A DNA stretch of 60,201 nt, counting the filler, from Catajapyx aquilonaris (Eukaryota), in the NCBI GenBank assembly GCA_000934665.2. It is 3 parts of 3 records of this genome, joined end to end, with 100 filler letters (N's around TTAATTAATTAA, not from the genome) between each part and the next. Parts side by side here need not be neighbours in the genome. Positions count along the whole stretch, not along the records: positions 40,266 to 60,201 come from JYFJ02006361.1; 2 more parts are not named here. One strand, written 5' to 3'. The position numbers and the translations under genes were made by a program. A model generated the notes under the pieces. The model saw only the letters and a list, made by a program, of their open reading frames with translations. It searched no databases and had not been told where the DNA came from. Below are positions 51,201 through 60,201 of the stretch, in pieces; position 1 is the stretch's first letter; every line of letters starts with the position of its first letter.

Positions 51201-54200
51201 ATTTTAGGTGGTATTAATGAAGTCATGTTTTGACGATATAACAAAAAAAAAAATCGGTTCCCTAAAATATAATTCAGAATGAGCTGTGGTGTGTGATGGA
51301 AGCATTTGCGAATAAGTAGTAAGAACTGGTGTGCGCCTGAACAAAGCAGCATTTAGAACCTAGCTGACATATTCTGGCCTGAGATTATTCTAGTTGTTAG
51401 TATTGTTATACCTTTTACATTCTATTTTGTTCTTATCATCTATTCAGGAGTTGCAAAGAGTGTGTGAACATCCACTAAGCGACATTGCCCTGGCTGGTGC
51501 TGCTGTTTGGCCCCTTCCTGCTGCCTTCCATGCCCTCTTACAAACTGTATCTGACTTGATGCCGGTCCTCCCAGCTGGATCTGCCCTCCAGCAAATGGCT
51601 GTGCGGTGCTGGGGACTTCGCTTCCGCCACTCAGACCATGCCTTTCTGCATCGTTCGCATGTCTTCAGCAACATAAGCAAAATCTTATCACGCACTGAAG
51701 AGGAATCACCTGGCTGCAGTGGTGCTGCTGGGGGTGTGCCAGGCGGAGGAGGGGGAGAGGAGCAGGCTGTGAGCAGTGTACACGAAAGCCACCATTCTGT
51801 GTTTTCGCAGGCCAGCAGGGCAGTTACAAGTAGTGTGGAAGCCCTCAAAGACCTGACTGGAAATGTAGATGTCAAGGCATCTAGCAGACAGGCCATGGTA
51901 CCCAGTCTCATGGATTCTAGCACGGAGACCTTTTGGGAGTCCGGTGATGAAGACAGGTAAGTTTCTGTCAATGGTAGTGTGGTTGTAGATTTTAAAGCAC
52001 TGACCCACCTACAGGAACAAGACTAAGGTGTTGACGATCACTTGCACAGCACAGTGCCGACCACGTATCATATATGTGCACATTGACAACTGTCGAGACT
52101 TGGGGGTGAGTAACACTGCTGCGTATGAACTAGAGTTACATTTTAATTTGTGTGCATTTACTTATTTATTTTGGGGGTGGGGGGATGGATTGCTTGGCGA
52201 ACCACACAACATCAGCTTACTTTCTGGATATGCCAATAATTGAAACTAGAAATGTCCCCGTGAGTTCAAAAATACTCTTGAATTGGCCACAAATGTCTGT
52301 ATTGTTACATGAGGGCACATACCTCCCAGAGTCTTGCCTGCCAAAAATGTTGTTGAAATGGAAGAAGTGAAAATGACTCGAGGCGAGGTCAGGTGTATAT
52401 GGAGGATGCTCAAAGGTGCACTACCTGAGCTGATCAAGGACATGCAGCAGTGTCACTGGAAATTGCAGTCCTTTCAGGTGGGACATCTTGAGCAAGCTCC
52501 TTGCAGAACCAACCTTTCACTGAGTGATTTTGCTTGTTCCTCCCCTAGTTCATCTTTTTTTCCCATTTTCGGCCTAGAAATTACCTTTATGGCAAGTTGA
52601 AGTGAGCAGAAAATGCTGTTCCGGGAAACTTAATTTGAACAACATGGTGGCAGCAATTGTTAGAAAATAGGATACATTTCTGAGGCCGTATGTCCACAAT
52701 TTTAATGCAGTCATGTCAATTTATTATGCTACCATTGTAAAGGCCAAACCTTTGAACAGGGCACCTAGTTCATGTTTTTCGAGATTAACAACGCATTTAG
52801 CGACAAAAAAATTAAGTACCCTACGAAATGAGTTACTGTATTTTTGCTGCTGTGCCCCCTTAAAGGCATGTGCCACCTGTTTACACTTACCAGTATTCAG
52901 CACTCGCAATGCGAAAGGGAAACTTGATTTGAATATATTACGGAAACTAGTCAAAACATTGTGGTAGTATTTGAAGTGTTGAGAATGGGATTATCCAACA
53001 AGAGATTGTCTAGAATATGCCATATAATTTTACATTTTCAATAAAAAATGACAACTGTGGTTGATAAATATTGAATGACATACATTTACCCCAACAGAAC
53101 AAGGTTGTGTGCGTTAGCTTCAAGTCTGGGACTTGTGCAGATGAAGTGACAAAAGTTCACCAGGCAGAACTAGAGAGCAGGTTCACAGGATGGGTGTCCT
53201 GCCACCTTCCAGGTTAGTTATTACATAGCTGTGGAACATATAGTGCACTATGTCTATAACATGCATTGTTATAATGAATCTCTTCATGGTTTTAAAAAAT
53301 TTGTTTGTCACAAAAAAAAGAAACTTTCTGTTATCATAAATGATTTGGTCCCAAGGTTTCCTTATGTAAGTTGGGAAAAGGCAAAAAACTTCAAATTAGA
53401 CACAGAGGGTGTGGTCTAATAAGAAAGAAACATTGCTTACAGGTATATATTTATCTGCTGTCCAGTAAACAGAAAGTATTCGGTTACTTACAGCAGTTGA
53501 AAATACAACACTGCTAGAATATCTCCAGGCAATTCTATTCTTGATTGTGGAGGAAGGAAGTAGGGCAGATTGTCACAAAGAAATGCTATTACAGCCCTCT
53601 TCTTCCACATACGTCATTTTAGTACATTTGGATCAGTTTCTTCTGCAGTCTATGAAGTCCTTACCAGATCAATTCCTGTATATTTGTTTCAAGGAGCTCC
53701 TTGTCTCACAGCCAGGAATACATGCCAAGTCCTGAATATCTTGCTGCAGGAATATATTCAGACTTATATTTGCACAATTCTTCCCTAGAAAAATTATGAG
53801 TACAACCAGACCCCAACTTATATAAGCCAGGGACTTTGTACTTTTGGAGATAGTCTAATATAGCAAAAATTTTCAATGCGTATGTTTTTTCCCTCACCAC
53901 TGTGTAATGCAGGCCATTGATAGTGGTAAATGAAGCTTGTGATCTCATGAAGAACTAAAAGGCTCCCTTCATTTTTACTCTAGATTTTACTGTGTTGCTT
54001 TAAGTACTTTATGAGACTTATACCTCCACTGGCCCATTGCTTGCAGATTCAACCCACATTGTGGTTCGTGTGGAGCTGAAAGGTCCAGATAACAGTCTGC
54101 GTGTTCGTCAGGTGAAAGTCCTGGGTTGCACAGAAGGCGAGAGCATACAGGCTGGCCCACAGCACTCTGCCTCCACTTTGCAGCAACGCAACTGTGAGAG

Positions 54201-57200
54201 TGAGACCTTGAAGGTCTTCCGACTCATTGTGTCCCAGGTATTTGGGAAGCTCCTCTCAGGAAGTGCTGATGCTGAGATGGAAGAGACAAAGAGTGGGTCT
54301 GCACAGTTGGCTGTTCCTGGTGTGGTAGGTGGTGAAGAAAAGGACAGCCGAGACCTCAAAGAACACATGGTTGGAATTTTGTTTAGTCGGAGTCGTTTGA
54401 CACACCTTCAGAAACAGTTATGTGCTCACATAGTACAAGCAATACAGAAAGAGGCAGCAAGAGTTCGAGAAGATTGGGAATCTGGTCTTACTTGCCCACC
54501 TCCGCCATCACCAGAACTTTCTTCCACCAAAGGCGCAGACACTTACTGCTTTGAGATGCTGTCAATGGTCTTGGCCTTGAGTGGGTCAGGGGTAGGCCGT
54601 GCCTACCTGGCCCAGCAAGCTGGACTGTTGCGGGACCTGCTTGGTCTTCTTCACACTGGGTCAGCCAGGGTGCAGCGTCAGGTGGTTGCACTGCTCAAGA
54701 GGGTCTTGCCAGAGGTGTCACCTCGAGGACTGGCTGCAGTCATGGATGTTACAGCCTTACCACCGGCTGAGTTTGGAATTGGTGGGGGTGGCTCAGGGGC
54801 TGATCCCCATCGTCCTGGAGTTCTGGATGTTTTTCTAGCTTGCATTGCCAAAGCACTGACGGTGCAAGTGAAGGTCAAGTGCAAGGCAGAAAATGGTGGC
54901 AATGGCATGGCAGGTTGTGGAGGAGGGAAGGCAACTACCACAGCATCTCTAGCAGCTTCACTGAGGTGGCCTGAAGGAGGGTTAGGTACCCGGTGGTGGC
55001 TCAGAGGATGCACGTCAAGGAAATTGGCAGAGGTGGTGGTACTTCTCCTGAGGGACATGGCGGATGTAAGTATTGCAAAGCAGTCCTTGTCATTCTTTTT
55101 CATGGGAAATGTCGCTTTATTGTAGCTTCAGTGGTTATTTAGTAGCAAAAGTTAACTGCAGTGAAACCTGCTTATTATGCACTCTGGAGAAATGGCATGT
55201 TACCAATTGGGACCTTTGCTTTGGTCCTGAAGAATTTTTCATGATCAATGTCATATACAGGGTGTTCCACGTATGAGAGTATCACTAATATCACCCAAAG
55301 TATTAAAAATTAAAATTATCCTCCAAGCCCTAAGAATTTTAGACGCTTCTCATAAATGTAGCCTGATAGATTACCAAAAAAAAGCATTGTCATATCTAAT
55401 GTCGGTACGCAGCCCGCAACAGAGGTATAATTGGGTAAAACAACTAGATAATAGTCTAAATGAGTATGGTCAGTCAATAAAAAATTTGGGTGTCAGAAGA
55501 CGATCAATACTGGACACAAAAATATTTGATACTCGCCCAAACAATGCTAGATACCGAGGTACTCAACGATTACAAATGCTTAACAAGGTCCAAATCAAAT
55601 TATGACAAAGCAATCCTCTATGACAATCATCGATACCTCCCAGCTTACTATATGACAGAACAGAATGCATTTTCAATAGCGAGGATGCTGGTATGCCTCA
55701 GGACAAATTCCTCTTGGATTCCTCTGGGTGGAGCCTTTTCAGTAAAAATAAACAAAGAGGAAACTCGTGGCCTTTGTAATCAAGATGAAATTGACGATTG
55801 GTACCACATCCTCTACGAATGTCCCATGTTCGTTGGAGGAAGGCGCGCACTTTTGAAAAATCTTCCTCTAGTTCCTAGAAATAGTATCACTACGATTTTT
55901 GCGGCTCCATCTCAAAGTGACACCAAAGCACTGTTCCTCTTCCTAAAATATGTGGCGAAATGGCATTTAAACCTATAAATCCATAGACGAAGTCCTTTTC
56001 TTTTCTATTCTTTCCCTTCCCCCCCCCTCTCCCCCACCACCCCCCAAGTAAAACTGGTCTAGGCCAAAATGTATGTATTTGCTACAGTTTGGGGAAAAGG
56101 GGGGGGGGGGTGTCATGTAAAGGAGGGAGTCCCTGCCTGAGTCTGATGCACGGAGGTAAAATAAAAATTGAATTGAATTGAATATCGCCCAAAGGTGATA
56201 TACTATATCAGAGTCATGGGTCAAGCGAGCGCGAGGGGGTGGGGGAAAATCGTAGGTGGCGACAACCCCGGTCGGTTTTATAAAACAATTAGAAATACGG
56301 TAGTAATCAATTTATTTATTACGGCCATAAGGCGTTACGTCAGATCCTTTCTGTTTGAATCAAGTCGGGCGGGCTGGCAAGAGTCAAGGTAAGAGTGCAG
56401 TGGTTTGAACCTGGTTGAACGGGTTTTTAGCCTTGCGGGTTGCACTGAAAAAGGCGCTCTCATGCTACACCGGCACAAGTAGTGTGTTCAGTACCCTGCC
56501 GGTGGATCTGAGGTCACGCCGTACGGCCGTAATAAATAAATTGATTACTGCCGTATTTCTAATTGTTTTATAAAACCGACCGGGGTTGTCGCCACCTACT
56601 ATTTTCCCCCACCCCCTCACGCTTGCTTGACCCGTGACTCTGATACACCCTGTATTTTTGTAGCTTGTTTCACCCCGATCCAGGTGCCCAATTATTCACA
56701 GATGGTTTAATATAGCAGTTGCTACTTAACAGGGCACCTGGATCAGGCGAAACAAGCAACAAAAAATAACGGCTTTGAATGAAATAACCTATAAATGACC
56801 CACATACTTGGAACATCCTGTATAATGAAAAATTGTAATGTGAGCAGAACTCCGGTGTAGGCATATTTTTATGTATAATGTGCACACTACACTCATTTCT
56901 CAACATATCCTATATTGACAAACCAAATTTACTGCTTTACACCCTCCTTATCCATCACCCATGGGACCGGGGCATCGTCGGATAATCCGAGGAGCAAAGG
57001 AAACTTTCATGAAACACAACAAAAAACATATAATCAGGAAATAATGTACAATATTATGGTTTTCGAAGAAATAGTGAAGTAGGCTATTTATCTTTTACAT
57101 ACACACATTGCTGTTTAAAATTTAACTAAGGCAATACAAAACAAATGCTTAGTAGGCCTGCATTACAGTATTTCATGAGAAAACATACATTTATTGCTGG

Positions 57201-59231
57201 AGCGAACCAGTCGGATAAACCAAGGAGTCGGATAATCGGGGTTCTACTGTATTTAACTTTTTGTTAGAGCTTCAAAAAAATGTGACTCCATCATTATAGC
57301 TACAACCTGCTGAATATATGACTTTATTGTGTGACATTTCTGTATTCTAGGGCAAGGTGTCAGAAGCATGGGCAGGAGTGACAAAGGGTGCAGTGGCTGA
57401 GGCATTGTTAAATCTAACCCGTTTGTCAGAGGAACTTCGTGCACCATCTGAATGCTTGAAGACTCCATCACTTTGGCTGGCCCTGGCCACTCTATGTGTG
57501 TTACATCCTGAGCATGTTGAACGGCTCTCCTCTGCACAATGGGCCGGAGGAGGTGGAAGTGGGGCAGTGGGTAGCGATGGGCAGCCACGACCCACCTGTG
57601 CCAATCATGACGATGGGGAAACTGCTGCCATTATCCAATGCGATGCTTGTGGACACCTCTGTGCTGATTGTGATCGATTCCTTCATCTGCATCGACGTAC
57701 TCGTGTCCATCGGAGACAGGTACTCATGTGCATTACAAGTTTCCAAAGTTTACAGTGCATAAAAATAGACGTATTATTTGCTTCAAAAGAAGACAGCAGT
57801 AATTCACTTTTAAAGTTCCCAACACATGCATATACAGGGTATTGCACATTGGTTTGAGTAGATTATTGTTCACTTCAAGTTACATTTCATCAGATAAATG
57901 ATGGCACAACCTTCAAGTGGGGTAATACAATGGGAAACCAGCAAATGTCAATATGATTGTATAGTCCTTTAAACGAGAGAATGATATGACGTCACAGTCA
58001 GCCGTGTTTTCTGAGCATGTGCAGCGGAGTGATTCGGGGATGTGATAGGAGGGAAGAGACGGGTGGAGGTGGGCTGAACATGACATCATATCGTTCTCTC
58101 GTTTAAAGAACTGTAACTCTAAAAATTGCCCATCTTCTGTAATTGCCATAAAAAATTAAGTACAAATGCTCAAGTACGCATATTCCATATTTTTGAATCC
58201 AGGTTTCTCATTTGGACATCTAAGTAGGCAAAAACTTGAGTTTTACTTTTTAATGCATTATTATTAAGACGAACCTCCCATCACAACATGAGCTGAAACC
58301 GACCCTACAACAGATCCTATTGTGAATTTGAATGCAGATATATTCAATGAAGATAATTTGAAAGTGCAAGAAGTGCATTACTGTGGAGAAATGTTTTAAA
58401 GTTCTGGGATATGCAGTATTGCACCATTTGCAAAGAAGAAGAAAAAACCAGACAAGCCTTGAAACACCACATGTCACTTGTGATTTTAGAGTGGCTTGTT
58501 GATGCCCTTGTTATTGCTTGTAATGACTCATGACTGGTAACATGTTAGGAGCTGTACTGTACACTAGTGTGAATCTTTTAGCTTCATGTAGCCTGTTTGA
58601 TGGGATGTCACACTTACCATTATTCACTGATGAATCCCACCAGGTGTGCAAAGAGGAAGAAGAGGCCATCAGGGTGGATGTGCATGAAGGTTGTGGCCGC
58701 CTGAAGCTGTTCTGGGTGCTGCTCTTGGCAGATGCAGCAACATTAAAGGCTATGGTTGAGTTTCGGGAGGCTGCATCTGGGTCAGCCTCATCCTCCAATG
58801 GTGCTGGTGGCTCAGGAAAATCGTCCATTACTACAGGCCGCTGCCGCTTCTGTGGTGCCACTGGCACCTCAGGACTATTGGCTATAGGAAACGTGTGTGC
58901 AGACCAAGACTGCCAGGAGCACTCACGGAGGGCCTGCAGTCGCCTCCATCCATGTGGCCATTTATGTGGAGGTGTCAAGGGAGAGCGCAAGTGCCTCCCA
59001 TGCCTTCATGGATGCGGAGGTGTTGTTGGTGGAGGCGATGGAAGTGGAGGCTTGAAGCAGGATGCAGATGACATGTGCATGATATGCTTTACTGAGGCAC
59101 TCTCCTGTGCTCCAGCACTGCAGCTACAGTGTGGACATGTGTTCCATCTGCACTGCTGCAGTTCTGTGCTCTCCAGGAGATGGGCAGGACCAAGGATCAC
59201 ATTTGGTTTCGCCAAGTGCCCCATTTGCAAG
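42205..59231 (+). CDS. hiw: E3 ubiquitin-protein ligase highwire / MYCBP2 (PHR family), internal to C-terminal exons; partial at both ends
   Basis: Exons 42205-42358, 42901-43589, 43898-44286 (acceptor less certain), 45794-45963, 46084-46251, 46320-47972, 50393-50555, 50697-51160, 51448-51956, 52015-52105, 53098-53212, 54047-55065, 57351-57719 and 58644-59231 join in frame (about 2180 aa). Signature motifs: GHNVRSRP/NSEGTWVQLD, AFLWHEGIVHDAMACASFLKF, HMKQAHPGCG..GWAGNCG, DOC domain (ETFWESGDEDRNKTK), B-box CANHDDGET, RING-H2 QDADDMCMICFTEALSCAP...CPICK. Confidence 0.96.
44335..45020. mobile_element. mariner derivative built from two inverted 3' ends
   Basis: CAAGGGGTGTCTGGAAAGTAAGG ... CCTTACTTTCCGGACACCTTTCG|TA. 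Both arms encode decayed mariner C-terminus (FGPLKRHLMGRWFASDTEVK on +; HLLGREFASDKEVK on -). The centre carries PSSLQPKMAKIRSFAKKVMAT on the minus strand. Confidence 0.85.
45193..45754. mobile_element. Young palindromic Tc1/mariner-type MITE
   Basis: TA|CAGGGTGTTTATTGTAACTCTGCAAAGAC ... exact complement |TA; arms of about 190 bp with few mismatches. Confidence 0.92.
48006..48379. mobile_element. Older, rearranged relative of the 45193-45754 MITE
   Basis: Shares the GAGGGGACC...GGAACCC..GTCCGGA..CGCCATCTAGAGGGGGTTCATAGACAAGGAA core but has different outer ends (GTTAATGAAATAA / TTATTTCATTAAC). Confidence 0.8.
48505..49041. mobile_element. mariner derivative built from two inverted 3' ends
   Basis: TA|CGAGGGTGAATCAGAAA ... 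TTTCTGATTCACCCTCG|TA. Plus strand YHLFGPMKKHLAGHNFS...KQAIPHWL...KCTKVCGD; the same segment is mirrored in the left arm. Confidence 0.88.
55301..56180 (+). mobile_element. 5'-truncated non-LTR retrotransposon (LINE) 3' fragment
   Basis: Frameshifted ORF2 end with LRT..S and a degenerate zinc knuckle (GLCNQDEIDDWYHILYECP), 3' UTR with C/G tracts, (TTGAA)n tail, 14-bp TSD AATATCACCCAAAG (55287-55300) / AATATCGCCCAAAG (56181-56194). Confidence 0.85.
56207..56652. mobile_element. Palindromic Tc1/mariner-type MITE with disrupted left tip
   Basis: Arms of about 140 bp (ATCAGAGTCA...AGATCC and GGATCT...TGACTCTGATACACCCTG|TA). The missing left tip TA|CAGGGTGT may be at 55258. Confidence 0.85.
56930..57249. 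mobile_element. Tigger-like MITE, left end degenerate
   Basis: Repeated GTCGGATAA motifs, GGGACCGG near the left, right end GGATAATCGGGGTTCTACTG|TA. Confidence 0.65.
57962..58113. mobile_element. Small TA-flanked MITE
   Basis: TA|TAGTCCTTTAAACGAGAGAATGATATGA ... TCATATCGTTCTCTCGTTTAAAGAACTG|TA. Confidence 0.8.
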
Positions 59232-59526
59232 GTGAGGACTGGAATGAGATTTACTTATGTCTGAGTGAATTGTTGGTGCAGCCAACTAGTCCTAAGCCAG
59301 TTGTTTCATCAATCTAACTTTACTTATGGCATACTCATAATAATATTGTGTTACCAACCTCTCCTGGCTGTCAGCTGCATCAATTCTTGAACGTAAATTT
59401 GGGACGCAACATACCATATATTCCATAATAGCAGAAATATCACATATGCATGCAAGTCCTGGGGAGAGAGGAGATTTGGTAAGGGGTAGGAGCTGCACAT
59501 TTGCTTCTTCAGACTAACTTAAATTA

Positions 59527-60201
59527 CACAGCGCAACAAAAAAAAACTTTCGGCGTGTTATTCGGAAACCACTATGCACATCATGTTAGTAGGACCCAAA
59601 GTAGCTGGGAAACGCCCGGGATTTCTCTCCCAAATTGTGCAGTGGGTCAGGGTGACCAAAAATCCGAAAAACTCAAAATATTGACGTTTTTTGGCCTATT
59701 TCCAGGTCTGGCAACCACTGTAAGTTTCGGATTTGGTTTTTGCTGGCATTAGGTGTTACCTGGGTCTAGTCTGAAGCCACTATGGTGTTTAAAGTCAATC
59801 TTGTATAGAAACTGTGGTTTTCCAGGGTCCTTTTTATGGGAAAAAATCCGTTTTTTGGTACTTTTTCGTCAATTTTTGGGGAACAGTGTATGGACTTTTT
59901 TTTAAAAAAGTGTAGCGTAATGGGCTCTTTAGAGACCCTACAATCAAGGAATAATCGTAGAACTTTCCTATGCAACCCTAGTACGCGTGTGCAAAAGCCT
60001 AATCTTGGGTAAAATCGCGTTTTTTCGCATTTTTGGTGATTTGACTTTTTTCAACATTTAAAACCAAATATTCATCGGCTTTAAAATATATGAATTCTTC
60101 TTAGTCTAACAAACTGTCAGGGACCCCCATAGTATGGAAAAAGACTACGATTTCCATAAGCAACCCATGTACGCGTGTATTTTTTTTGTACGCGTACGCG
60201 T
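59527..60201. mobile_element. Probable DNA-transposon end (possibly Transib-like), cut by window edge
   Basis: Starts CACAG, has A/T-tract subterminal texture and a direct repeat GCAACCC..GTACGCGTGT (~59972 and ~60161). No partner TIR visible. Confidence 0.35.

Noticed and set aside
52330..52480. Possible mariner N-terminal fragment (SRRGQVYMEDAQR)
   Set aside because: Too short and degenerate, and no TIR pair found.
43113..59230. Antisense ORFs over highwire exons
   Set aside because: Shadow frames of the real coding exons with no independent signal.
1..60201. CRISPR array, operon or prokaryotic defence system
   Set aside because: No regularly spaced direct repeats with spacers; all genes are spliceosomal-intron eukaryotic genes.

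Overview
Eukaryotic (arthropod, probably insect) genomic DNA, not prokaryotic. The window is three segments of near-equal length (1-20130, 20231-40165, 40266-60201) joined by two identical artificial 100-bp linkers (44 N + TTAATTAATTAA + 44 N), so adjacency across the joins should not be trusted. Segment 1 has no recognisable host gene and is packed with non-autonomous DNA transposons (Tc1/mariner, pogo/Tigger, hAT, Harbinger and TTAA-target foldbacks, some nested), decayed transposase fragments and tRNA-derived SINEs. Segment 2 holds a minus-strand tandem array of four divergent Tret1/GLUT-like MFS sugar-porter genes. Two are complete and two run off the segment ends. They differ in intron positions, one has a GC-AG intron, and the sugar-binding motifs are eroded. 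Segment 3 holds 14 frame-consistent exons (about 2180 aa) of the C-terminal half of highwire/MYCBP2 (PHR E3 ligase: DOC, B-box, RING-H2), with palindromic MITEs and a LINE fragment in its introns. I found no convincing wholly new biological system. The best leads are the altered transporter array, recurrent mariner derivatives built from two 3' ends, a Tigger4/MER46C-like element, and abundant excision-footprint-like motifs and perfect palindromes. All coordinates were read by eye and no database searches were run.
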